DNA from: a virus
Taxonomy: Duplodnaviria > Caudoviricetes
Length of the DNA stretch: 25,525 nt
Direction: 5' to 3' (one strand)
Virus record (IMG/VR): IMGVR_UViG_3300026105_000260
Span: 1-25,525 of that record
Shown: positions 9,462 to 18,252 of the stretch, piece after piece
Layout of the letters: each line of letters opens with the position of its first letter
How positions within the stretch are numbered: the stretch's first letter is position 1
Translations under genes and position numbers: made by a program
Notes under the pieces: model-generated
The model's database searches: none
The model's input: only the letters and a program-made list of their open reading frames with translations
What the model was told of the DNA's origin: nothing

Positions 9462-10425
9462 TTTAATAAGGTCTCTGAAAAGCAGCAAACACCTTTATGT
9501 AGAGTGGTATCCTACAGATTTTTGTAATTATGGCTGCAGTTACTGTTCGTTTGCAGGGAATTTTGATCTTGTAAGATATCAGAAAAATTTTGATATTGTC
9601 TATAAAAATTTTGTTTCTCTATTTGCCTATTATCAAGATGTTTTTACAAAAACAGATTTTACCTTAAGGCTTTGCGGAGGAGGAGAACCTACGCTATGGC
9701 CATATTTTTATAAGTTTTGTGAAAAAATTAAAAAAGATTTTAACATAAAATTAGAAGTTGTGAGTAATGGTTCTAGAACCATTAATTGGTGGAATAAGCA
9801 CAAAGAGTATCTAGATAAAATTTATCTTAGTTTTCACAGTGAATTTGCTCACATTGATAACTATATCAAGGTGTTAGATTTTTTGTACGAAAACAACAAA
9901 GACGCCGAATGTCTACTAATGATGGATACTCACAACTGGAATACATGTCTCAAAAACTATAAAAAGTTATTAACCAGTAAGTATCCTTGGGCAATTCATG
10001 CAAAAAATCTTAGAGCCACAGAAGAGTATACACCCGAGCCGTTAACTGTAGAACAAAAAGATTTTTTTAACAATCCGGTTAAACGCCTTCCTGATTCTGT
10101 TAGGCTGCTGAAACAACTCAATGATCTTCAGATATATGAAAGCATATCATCTAAAACAAGAGAAGATTCCTATGTAGTAAGAAAATTAGATGATTATAGT
10201 AAACCAAATTTTAAGAATTGGTCCTGCAATATACTTAAGGCAAGACTTAAAATTACAGCAGACGGAAACATTACCGGCAATTGTCGAAATGGTTTTGATA
10301 ATCTGAATTTATTTTCTGAAAATTTTGAAAGTGAATTGCAAAGCCAATTATTTTCAAATTTTATATGTCCTTCCGACACATGTTTTATTAATCATAATCA
10401 TCACGTTTCTAAACACAAGATTTAG
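9448..10425 (+). CDS. radical SAM protein, tandem paralog of 8451-9461
   Basis: CNYGCSYC, GGGEPTLW, SNGSR, LSFH; C-terminal FKNWSC...GNC...CPSDTC. Confidence 0.92.
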   Translation: MQNFNLIRSLKSSKHLYVEWYPTDFCNYGCSYCSFAGNFDLVRYQKNFDIVYKNFVSLFAYYQDVFTKTDFTLRLCGGGEPTLWPYFYKFCEKIKKDFNIKLEVVSNGSRTINWWNKHKEYLDKIYLSFHSEFAHIDNYIKVLDFLYENNKDAECLLMMDTHNWNTCLKNYKKLLTSKYPWAIHAKNLRATEEYTPEPLTVEQKDFFNNPVKRLPDSVRLLKQLNDLQIYESISSKTREDSYVVRKLDDYSKPNFKNWSCNILKARLKITADGNITGNCRNGFDNLNLFSENFESELQSQLFSNFICPSDTCFINHNHHVSKHKI

Positions 10426-11293
10426 TTATAGGAATATCCGCCGCGCAAGTGCACCAGTCGCGAGAACAGATAACCGGCTTACTAGGAATATTAAAACTGC
10501 CTTTGTATATATTGCCTAAACTGCCTCCTACTCTACATGTTGCTCTATGAACCTCACCGTCCCAATTAATCATAAGACTTTCTAGACCAATATTACATGA
10601 CCAACCTTTAAACTTGTTGTCGTGCTTTTTAATAATATCGTTAGCGTGTATAAAGTACTCTCCATCGACTTCGCAGTTAGGTAAAGCAGTTGCTTCGTTT
10701 TCTAATATCCAGTCTAGATCCTTTTGGTCGTAGCGCATATCATCGAACCAATCATGTGTTTCTGTCCAACGAATGCGACGTATAACATGCTTTATCTTTT
10801 TGTTTTGTAGAAGCATAGCAGCAAACTTAACATTTGCCATATACTCGTGATGTGCCATTATGTTAACTTGTATCGGAATATCCACTAATTCATAAGTTTC
10901 TATGATGTTTATCAAATGTAGTTCCCAGTCCTTTGTTTCGAAGTGTAGGGAAAACACAATATGATCCAGAGGCTGCTCGGCATACCATTCTGGCTTGCGT
11001 GTTCCGTTTGTTGTAACATTTATCCACGAAGCATGCTGTCTTGTGTAATCAAACAGTTGTGAAATTTTAGGATGAACACAGGGCTCTCCTCCAGTAAAAC
11101 TTATTCTCAGAGGCTTGTCAATCTGAGACAGTTTATCTACTGTGGATTTTAGAATTTCTATGTCAGTATGAGGAGAATAATTGTCGTGTATCTCCGCAGG
11201 ACAGTAGGCACAATCAAGATTACATCTTTTGCCTAAATTCCATTCTATTTTTACAGAGTTCTGATGCGGCCATCTACTGGTTACTGAATGCAT
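10409..11293 (-). CDS. radical SAM protein with C-terminal Twitch-like domain
   Basis: CNLDCAYC, FTGGEP, TTNG, SLH; C-terminal FKGWSCNIG...ATC...CSRDWCTCAAD. Confidence 0.93.
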   Translation of the reverse strand: MHSVTSRWPHQNSVKIEWNLGKRCNLDCAYCPAEIHDNYSPHTDIEILKSTVDKLSQIDKPLRISFTGGEPCVHPKISQLFDYTRQHASWINVTTNGTRKPEWYAEQPLDHIVFSLHFETKDWELHLINIIETYELVDIPIQVNIMAHHEYMANVKFAAMLLQNKKIKHVIRRIRWTETHDWFDDMRYDQKDLDWILENEATALPNCEVDGEYFIHANDIIKKHDNKFKGWSCNIGLESLMINWDGEVHRATCRVGGSLGNIYKGSFNIPSKPVICSRDWCTCAADIPITKSCV

Positions 11294-12192
11294 GGAAAGT
11301 CACTATGTTTTAAAAATTGTTCATATGCAATATTGCTGTCAAAAAACTCAATTTTGTTGATCTTAAATTCTGACCCCAAAACTTCTTTATTGAAGTTTAA
11401 TTTACAGGAATGGTTTGGAACATACCAATTTCTAAAATCGTCATGTATTTCTAACAAATTGTCAGTAATTATGATTTGACCAAGAAAATACCTACCTAAA
11501 TTTAATTGGTTTAGATTATCTATAGGCACATCAAATTTTTGTTTTTTTGCCCAATTATAGGTGTTAATTTCTCTATAACACGGATAAGGATCCTGCACAC
11601 TAAAAGACAGATATGCCTCAGAAGTTATGTTTTTTTGTAGTTCAAGGTGTTCTATATTATCGTCGTTAGCAGGAATAGTTACCCAGTCTTTGCCTAGAGT
11701 AGCATAACCAAGTACAAGTCGTCCCCAAACGGCATCAGATGCCAGGAACATCTTGTATTCTTCCTTAATCGGTACTTGTTTTTTATTTGTAGAATAAAAG
11801 TTTACACTATAATCATATTTACTAAAAGGATTATCTAACTTAGATTCTAAAATATGTATTAAATCATTAATTCTTAACCAGTTTGAATTATGATTACTTT
11901 TTACGTATTTTCTGTGTAAATTGTTTAATGTACTCTGCGTAAAATTATTTTTTATTTGTCCTACATTTTCAATTTTACACAAATAATTAATTTCTTCTAC
12001 AACTTTGTCAAATTTTAATCCTGCGGTCGTACCATTTATAATTTTATTTCCTTCAATATGGATATCTTGCCAAATGTGTTGGACAGGGTTGTCGCTGAGA
12101 TGATAGTATAAATCAAATGATTTTACTTTGCCTGATACAGTTATCTTTGCGGTGTTATATCCTTTTTTATTCTTAAAAAATTTTTCATACAT
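11281..12192 (-). CDS. hypothetical protein
   Basis: 303-aa ORF overlapping both neighbours in the same operon; motifs LNNLH, INDLIHILE, GYATLGKDW. No family assigned. Confidence 0.7.
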   Translation of the reverse strand: MYEKFFKNKKGYNTAKITVSGKVKSFDLYYHLSDNPVQHIWQDIHIEGNKIINGTTAGLKFDKVVEEINYLCKIENVGQIKNNFTQSTLNNLHRKYVKSNHNSNWLRINDLIHILESKLDNPFSKYDYSVNFYSTNKKQVPIKEEYKMFLASDAVWGRLVLGYATLGKDWVTIPANDDNIEHLELQKNITSEAYLSFSVQDPYPCYREINTYNWAKKQKFDVPIDNLNQLNLGRYFLGQIIITDNLLEIHDDFRNWYVPNHSCKLNFNKEVLGSEFKINKIEFFDSNIAYEQFLKHSDFPCIQ

Positions 12193-13456
12193 ACTTAGAA
12201 AATTCCGGTATTATTTTTTCGAAAGATCCCTGATTTCTTGTAGCGTCTAGTTTGCGATTAAAATCTACGCAGTCTTGCCAGTGTTCGCTTAGGTCTTCGG
12301 CTTGTAGAAAGTTGATGTTGTCTTGAATCTGTTGTAGAGTCACTTCACGAATTACAGAATTATTCTTAATCGTTTCGTAGTCCTCTACTGTGTGTTTCAT
12401 TGCTTCAAGTTTTTCTATTACTTTCTGTTTTAATTCATTGGGAAGAACCTGTGCTGACAGTGCTCTAGGATAATTAACTCTATGACTGTAAAAAATTATG
12501 CCCATCTCTTCTAGAAAATATTCAATAACCTGATCTATTTGAAGTATGTTATTAGACTGAACAGTAAATGCTCCGACTACTCTTGAAACAGTAGGTATTT
12601 CTTTTATCTTCTTGATGTTTTCTTCTACAAGTGCAAATTCTCCGTTGCCTCTTATGTATTCATAAACATCATGTATACCATCAATGCTTACATTTACAGC
12701 AACTGATTTGAAATGTGGCCAGTAATCAAATATAGTTCTGCCTTTTGATATGCCTAGTTTAGTTCCGTTTGTGGCATACTTGATTTCAATGTTGTTAGCG
12801 TAGGGTTTAAGCATGTCTAGAATTTTGTAATGGTTAGGATCCATCAAAGGCTCTCCGCCTGCAAACTCTACTCTTCTAAAATGCGGTAGCAGTTTTTCAA
12901 AATCGCTCCACCAATGAGTAGTATCGTCAAATGGTCCAATATATTGTCCAGGCCGTGATGTAAGTTTTTTAACTGTTGGGACAAGATAGTTGTTTTCCTT
13001 CTCGTAGAACGGTTCAACTTCCTTCCAGTCAGTCCACGACGTAGAATCAAGAGGATTACACATGCGGCACTTTAAGTTACAGAGATTGTTAATCTTAATC
13101 TCCATAGTAGGGAATTCAAACGGCATTGAATAATCGACTTCTAGATTATCTAAAGCATTAGGGTAAAGGTTAATCCTAGCCTCTGGAATAACTCCGCGTA
13201 TATGACGCTGTCTTAAGCTCTCTACGCCTTGATCTTCTAAATCGAAACACGGTATACACACATCAGGTCTCTCACCGCTTAGAACCTGCCTGCGAACTTC
13301 CTTCATTTTATCGGAGTTCCAGACTTCTTCAAGGCTTTGTTCTTGGATCCATCCCACCGGCTGACTTCTACAGCAGATTTTTATAGCACCATCTTCTCTA
13401 GTAGCTAGACCAGTGAACGGATGCATACAAAATGTGCAGGAATTATTCTTTGACAC
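12185..13456 (-). CDS. radical SAM protein with N-terminal Twitch domain
   Basis: CMHPF...GAIKICC...CIPC, then CNLKCRMC, FAGGEP, ATNG, VSIDG, YIRG. Confidence 0.93.
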   Translation of the reverse strand: MSKNNSCTFCMHPFTGLATREDGAIKICCRSQPVGWIQEQSLEEVWNSDKMKEVRRQVLSGERPDVCIPCFDLEDQGVESLRQRHIRGVIPEARINLYPNALDNLEVDYSMPFEFPTMEIKINNLCNLKCRMCNPLDSTSWTDWKEVEPFYEKENNYLVPTVKKLTSRPGQYIGPFDDTTHWWSDFEKLLPHFRRVEFAGGEPLMDPNHYKILDMLKPYANNIEIKYATNGTKLGISKGRTIFDYWPHFKSVAVNVSIDGIHDVYEYIRGNGEFALVEENIKKIKEIPTVSRVVGAFTVQSNNILQIDQVIEYFLEEMGIIFYSHRVNYPRALSAQVLPNELKQKVIEKLEAMKHTVEDYETIKNNSVIREVTLQQIQDNINFLQAEDLSEHWQDCVDFNRKLDATRNQGSFEKIIPEFSKYV

Positions 13457-14177
13457 GACTTAGCGCCCACTCTCTTTCTTTACACCAAAAACATTTACCG
13501 CATTCTGGCACTGTTTGTCCTGGTATATAGGTACTATAATCTAGTTCACCGAACACTTCTGGATAGTCGTTTTTATCACCTTCGCAACTTCGAGTTAGAT
13601 CTAACAAATCTAGGATATCGTAATCAAAGTATTGCTGCATTATCCAATCCTTTCTGATTTTAATAAAAGGATGACAAACAACTGTATTCATGTGTTCAAA
13701 AACAGGAGGTATGTGTCCTTCGTTTCTGTCTTGTAAAGCATTGTCTATTTCAATATCAGGATTAAGATTCACAGCCGCAAACCAAGCGTCTAAATTCTCT
13801 CTATGACAAATATATTCGTTGTGTGACCGTAAAATTATTTGATTACCGCTTTTTAGTTTGCCGTATTCATCTATAATATTTGGACCTTTGTCTGCCCATT
13901 CTAGGTCAGGCGGTATAAAACCCTCGTGTCTGATAAATTTTGTGTCCTGAAAAGTTTTTTGCATCCAATTAAACACTTCTATACTATTATATCTCTGCCA
14001 CGGCCGCGTTTTCCAGCAGCGAATCTGTGTAGTAACATGTACCTCGTAATCAAAATTTTTGCATATAAGATATAAAAGAAGAGCACTGTCTGCACCACCG
14101 CTTAGACTTACTCCAATTTTTTTCCAATTTTTTTTGTAAGGAATACGAACACCGTGTATGAGCAGATTTTTAACCAT
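13443..14177 (-). CDS. QueC-like (7-cyano-7-deazaguanine synthase-like) PP-loop ATPase with C-terminal Cys cluster
   Basis: PP-loop SLSGGADS; C-terminal TRSC...CGKCFWCKER as in the QueC Zn site. Start is ATG 14180 or 14177; the second gives 5-nt spacing to the promoter box. Confidence 0.7.
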   Translation of the reverse strand: MVKNLLIHGVRIPYKKNWKKIGVSLSGGADSALLLYLICKNFDYEVHVTTQIRCWKTRPWQRYNSIEVFNWMQKTFQDTKFIRHEGFIPPDLEWADKGPNIIDEYGKLKSGNQIILRSHNEYICHRENLDAWFAAVNLNPDIEIDNALQDRNEGHIPPVFEHMNTVVCHPFIKIRKDWIMQQYFDYDILDLLDLTRSCEGDKNDYPEVFGELDYSTYIPGQTVPECGKCFWCKEREWALSRVKE

Positions 14178-14182
14178 CATTC

Positions 14183-14240
14183 TATTTATGATATAGGACG
14201 TACCACAATAATCTTTTTGTTAATCAGAGCCGTATAAATA
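14183..14240. promoter_or_regulatory. divergent late-promoter-like boxes: CATAAATA (-, 14183-14190) and TATAAATA (+, 14233-14240)
   Basis: Exact T4 late consensus TATAAATA 5 nt before ATG 14246; near-match on the minus strand before the QueC-like gene. Confidence 0.7.
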
Positions 14241-14245
14241 TTGGT

Positions 14246-14917
14246 ATGTTAAAACATACTCAAAAAAGAGTTAAATCAGAGTTATTAGCCGAGGCTTCTC
14301 GTCAATTTTTTGAAATAGGAAAGCACGTATTAAATGTACCTACTAATAAATTTTTCTATGATAAGTGGGAAATGAAACAGGAATACAAAAATACTGTATG
14401 GGAATTATTATTAGAACCTATTAAACATTTAGCCGGCGAGGCAAGAATAGTAGTTTTAGATTCTCCTTCGGCCTATACTAGACATGCTGATTTAGATGAT
14501 AGATTCCATCTAAACATATCAGGAGATCATGGATATCTTTTGGATTTAGAAAATTACAAAATTCACCCCTGTGTGCAAGACGGAATATGGTACGAAATGA
14601 ACGCAGGAATTTGTCATTCTGCAATAAGTATAGGATCACAAAGAAGAGTACAATTAGTTGTAAGGAAGTTATTACAAAAAAATGATCTTAGTGATTATAC
14701 AAATATTAGCCTATCTCTTAAACATCCTAATGATAGGTATCATTTTGATAATGTCATCTCGCCGTGGCTAAACACAAATCATAAAGACGGAACAATTGCT
14801 AATTGCTCATACAAAAATTCTTGCTTTGAATTTCAAATTTCCAATAAAAGTTTATCAGAATTTGAAAAATTACTAACAAAGATGCCTGTAGACATTTTTT
14901 ATGAAAAACATGATTAG
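14246..14917 (+). CDS. putative 2OG-Fe(II) oxygenase (DSBH/cupin fold)
   Basis: EARIVVL...YTRHADLDDRFHL (HxD), then CHSAISIG..RRVQLVVR (distal His, Arg). Confidence 0.65.
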   Translation: MLKHTQKRVKSELLAEASRQFFEIGKHVLNVPTNKFFYDKWEMKQEYKNTVWELLLEPIKHLAGEARIVVLDSPSAYTRHADLDDRFHLNISGDHGYLLDLENYKIHPCVQDGIWYEMNAGICHSAISIGSQRRVQLVVRKLLQKNDLSDYTNISLSLKHPNDRYHFDNVISPWLNTNHKDGTIANCSYKNSCFEFQISNKSLSEFEKLLTKMPVDIFYEKHD

Positions 14918-15602
14918 TACTAATATCGAAAAATGGACTCAGTATTTTAAATTTTCAGCACCTAGTGTAAGGGGTATTTCTCAAATGAATTACGAGCCTC
15001 TAGTTAATCCAGAAAATAATGTGTTTTGCAAAAATTACAATGTGAACAACAAATATCAAAAAATTGAAGGTCACCGTCCTCTTTATACTAAAGAGATTGT
15101 AGATTGGTTTTTCGAAAGAGAGGTGAACTATATAACTAAATTTTCCTATAAAGACTATGCACCAGAAATTCTAGATATAGATTATAAAAGTAAAAGAATT
15201 TTTATAAAATGGTATGGACACACATGTAATGAGGTAGTCTATTCAGACGCTAATTGGCCAAAAACAGATTGGTTGACAAAAATTGAAAATATAATTGTTG
15301 ATCAAATAAAAAGCGGCATTTATAAATTAACAATGTATCCACACTGTCATTACATAGACAATAACAACAACATGCGAGCAATAGATTGGTATGGAGTTGT
15401 ACCAACCAATTTTCCGTTTATTGAATCAAAATATATGGATGCAATTATCCATGACACTGCTAAACAGAGGCTTAATGAAACTCTTCCGTTAATTAATAAT
15501 TGCTATAATCTTGAAATAATGTTTAAGAGAGGCTTATCGACTCATGTTTATTGGGGAGACGAATCCTTAAAATTTATTTTCAATAAGGTGTTCTCTTCAT
15601 GA
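14901..15602 (+). CDS. protein-kinase-like fold protein with degenerate catalytic motifs
   Basis: VFCK, FEREV (alphaC Glu), APEILD, GIYKLTMYPHC at the catalytic-loop position, AIDWYG at the DFG position. Alternative start at 14910. Confidence 0.5.
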   Translation: MKNMISTNIEKWTQYFKFSAPSVRGISQMNYEPLVNPENNVFCKNYNVNNKYQKIEGHRPLYTKEIVDWFFEREVNYITKFSYKDYAPEILDIDYKSKRIFIKWYGHTCNEVVYSDANWPKTDWLTKIENIIVDQIKSGIYKLTMYPHCHYIDNNNNMRAIDWYGVVPTNFPFIESKYMDAIIHDTAKQRLNETLPLINNCYNLEIMFKRGLSTHVYWGDESLKFIFNKVFSS

Positions 15603-16069
15603 ATGTTTATATTTTAGGTGATTCTAAAGGATTAGGAAAAGCATTGAAACAGAAATTTCAAGATACTGGTTATCGTGTAATAGGATACTCTCGTACATCG
15701 GGATTTGACCTTGAAAAAAATCAGGAACTTATTAATCAAATTGAAGATAATTCTTTAGTTATTTTAAATTCCTTTTTAAACGGTAAACAGTTAGACGTTT
15801 TCAAAATTTTATTAAAACGTCCCTTTATAAAGGCCGTGATATGTGGAAGTATGTCTTCTAGATATTTTGATAACGATAACCCAGAATATTCTTGTGCAAA
15901 ACAACAATTAGAGAAAAAATTTTTTGATAGAGCAGTATATGATCCTAATAAGTTGTTACTCTTAAATCTGACCGGACACGCATATCAAAAAACCGATTTA
16001 ATTTTTAACACCATTTTGTTCTGGTTAAAAAATGAGGATGTAATTGAAGTATCGTTTAAAAGAAGATAA
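15599..16069 (+). CDS. minimal short-chain dehydrogenase/reductase (SDR)-like protein
   Basis: ILGDSKGLG (GxxxGxG), GYSR..GFD, CGS, YSCAK (YxxxK); only 156 aa. Confidence 0.7.
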   Translation: MNVYILGDSKGLGKALKQKFQDTGYRVIGYSRTSGFDLEKNQELINQIEDNSLVILNSFLNGKQLDVFKILLKRPFIKAVICGSMSSRYFDNDNPEYSCAKQQLEKKFFDRAVYDPNKLLLLNLTGHAYQKTDLIFNTILFWLKNEDVIEVSFKRR

Positions 16070-16072
16070 ATT

Positions 16073-16681
16073 ATGATAGAAGAAAAATACAATACAAAAG
16101 ACATTATTAATTGGGATCTTATAATTAGCAGTTTAGTAAATCAAGAATCTACGCCTGTTACTTTAGATCAGGTAATTGATCCCGATAAAACTGATGCAAA
16201 AACAGTAGACGAAGTTTATCAAAAATTAGAAACTATGCGACAGGTTTCTAGAGACCCTTTTGTTTCAGTGTGCGGGCCATGGGAAGATGCTTCATACAAT
16301 CTAGAAAATATATACTTTGAAAATTATTTTCCAATAAAAAATTCTTATCAAGACACTGTTGAGAAATTTGCTAATCTTGTAAATCTCGAACCATTAGAAG
16401 TTTGGATAAGTAAAGTTTTACCGCATAAATCCGTGCCTTTTCATACAGACGAGCACGATGAGTATGAAGATTGGTCTAAAAAAGGTTTTATTATTCATAG
16501 ATTTTCTGTTTTTATAACCGATCCAATTGATTATCAATTGTTTATTGTAGGAAACCAATATTGGTACAATCAGCCCAAAAATACTACAATTAAGTGGAAT
16601 AATAATAAAGATCTGCACGCATTAGTAAACTGCAGTACCAAAAGCAACTATCTTTTTCACTTTATAGGTAGAGAATTATGA
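16073..16681 (+). CDS. putative 2OG-Fe(II) oxygenase
   Basis: WISKVLPHKSVPFHTD (HxD), RFSVFI, WNNNKDLHALVN. Confidence 0.7.
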   Translation: MIEEKYNTKDIINWDLIISSLVNQESTPVTLDQVIDPDKTDAKTVDEVYQKLETMRQVSRDPFVSVCGPWEDASYNLENIYFENYFPIKNSYQDTVEKFANLVNLEPLEVWISKVLPHKSVPFHTDEHDEYEDWSKKGFIIHRFSVFITDPIDYQLFIVGNQYWYNQPKNTTIKWNNNKDLHALVNCSTKSNYLFHFIGREL

Positions 16682-17220
16682 TTAAATTTGTAGGAAATAC
16701 TAAAAAAATATTTAACTGGAACAATGTTATTGCGGATTTAGAACTACAAACACCAAATTTTGTAGGGCCTAGTCACAGCAGAGAAGACAAATTGCCTGGA
16801 CTAGATGAAATACTTGATATGTGGGGAAATTTTCCTATAGATTATCAAAAAAATGGTGGAGAGATTGGCTGGGATATGTTTATTCCTGAACAAAACTTTG
16901 ATAAAAAACTGCTAGATGATTTTGCAGACTTTGTTGGATTAACTGAATATAATGGAGGCTGGATCAGTAGACTAAATCCTGGCATGATTGTTCCTTTACA
17001 TTGGGACGTTCAGGATAACGAAAATGATATTAAGAACAAAGTCTTTAAAAGGTACCACTGTCATATTTCACCTCCAGAATGGGGACACGTATTTTTTGTA
17101 GAAGGCGTTCCTTTTGTGCAACAAGATCAGGGAAATGTGTATAAATGGAATTCAAGAAAATTATGGCATGCTGGAAATAATGTAGGATGGAAGCCTAAAT
17201 ACCTATTGAATTTTTGGTGA
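16678..17220 (+). CDS. putative 2OG-Fe(II) oxygenase
   Basis: WISRLNPGMIVPLHWD (HxD), GHVF, WNSRKLWHAGNNVG..PKY. Confidence 0.72.
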   Translation: MIKFVGNTKKIFNWNNVIADLELQTPNFVGPSHSREDKLPGLDEILDMWGNFPIDYQKNGGEIGWDMFIPEQNFDKKLLDDFADFVGLTEYNGGWISRLNPGMIVPLHWDVQDNENDIKNKVFKRYHCHISPPEWGHVFFVEGVPFVQQDQGNVYKWNSRKLWHAGNNVGWKPKYLLNFW

Positions 17221-17236
17221 AAAAGGAGTAGAGAAT

Positions 17237-18070
17237 ATGGCAACAGGAAGAGTAAAATGGTATAATAATGCAAAAGAATATGCATTAATAATTGATTCTG
17301 AAACAGATAAAGAAATTCCAACATTTGGTCATTCAGCGTGTTTGCTTGACGGACAAAAAGTTGAATATCAACTTACTGAAAAAAATGGTATCACTGTTGC
17401 GGAAAATGTAACACTAAAAGATTCTAGGTATTTTGATTCTCCTCCTACAGTGAAGCCGTTAAAAGAAAATGTTTTATGTGATAGACCTAGAATATCTTAT
17501 TATGACAATGTTCTTTCTGCTGAAATTTGTGACTACCTAATTAAAAAATGTGATAACGAATGGATTGATCCTGAAACTCATTCTGAAATGTGTCACATTC
17601 AAGCCAATGCGCAACAGGATGCAAAGAATATAAATCGAAAAGCCGTTCATGATTTAGATTACAAGGATTTTAATGTATTATCTACCAACATTATGGCAGC
17701 CTTAGGAAAACCCTATTATTTAATCGAATCACTTGATTTTCTTTGTTATGAACAGGGGCATTTTATAAATGCGCATCATGATTTTTTGTATGATCCGAGA
17801 AAATTTAATTATTATAAGAAAGGCGGGACACGACAAAGCATGGCTTTTATCTTTTTAAATGATGATTTTGAAGGAGGAGAAACATATTTTAATCATTTAG
17901 ACGTAACAATACACCCTAAACAAGGCAGGTTAGCCTACTGGCAACAGGATTATGACATTGAAACTAATTGGAGTACAATTCATGAAGGTAAAGAAGTAAC
18001 AAAGGGCAAAAAATATACTGCAATAATGTGTTTAAGCAGTCTACCTCGATGCGAAACAAAAGGATACTAG
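17237..18070 (+). CDS. cold-shock domain fused to a prolyl-4-hydroxylase-like 2OG-Fe(II) oxygenase
   Basis: N-terminus MATGRVKWYNNAKEYALI...GQKVEY...AENVT is CspA-like. C-terminus has YEQGHFINAHHD, FLNDDFEGGETYF, HEGKEVTKGKKY (P4H signature). AAGGAG SD upstream. Confidence 0.85.
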   Translation: MATGRVKWYNNAKEYALIIDSETDKEIPTFGHSACLLDGQKVEYQLTEKNGITVAENVTLKDSRYFDSPPTVKPLKENVLCDRPRISYYDNVLSAEICDYLIKKCDNEWIDPETHSEMCHIQANAQQDAKNINRKAVHDLDYKDFNVLSTNIMAALGKPYYLIESLDFLCYEQGHFINAHHDFLYDPRKFNYYKKGGTRQSMAFIFLNDDFEGGETYFNHLDVTIHPKQGRLAYWQQDYDIETNWSTIHEGKEVTKGKKYTAIMCLSSLPRCETKGY

Positions 18071-18072
18071 GT

Positions 18073-18252
18073 ATGACAAATCAAGAAGAAAAACAAGATT
18101 TTTTGATAACTAAACTAACTAACTTACAACAAACAAATTCATTGTTGTATAAAAAATTTGAAAAACTTTATAATGATGATTTTATAAGAGAATATATAGA
18201 AAAAAATATCGACACCAATTTTTTTAGCAATATCAAAAATTATCTAGTATGA
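18073..18252 (+). CDS. small hypothetical protein (59 aa)
   Basis: ATG 2 nt after the previous stop; ATGA overlap with the next gene; fills the operon gap exactly. Confidence 0.6.
   Translation: MTNQEEKQDFLITKLTNLQQTNSLLYKKFEKLYNDDFIREYIEKNIDTNFFSNIKNYLV

Noticed and set aside
13443-14180. Complete 7-deazaguanine/queuosine pathway
   Set aside because: Only a QueC-like fold is present. No FolE, QueD, QueF or DpdA is seen, and no radical SAM here looks like QueE, since all carry auxiliary Cys domains.
18028-18072. Longer start for the small ORF
   Set aside because: It overlaps the P4H gene by 43 nt; ATG 18073 follows the stop directly.
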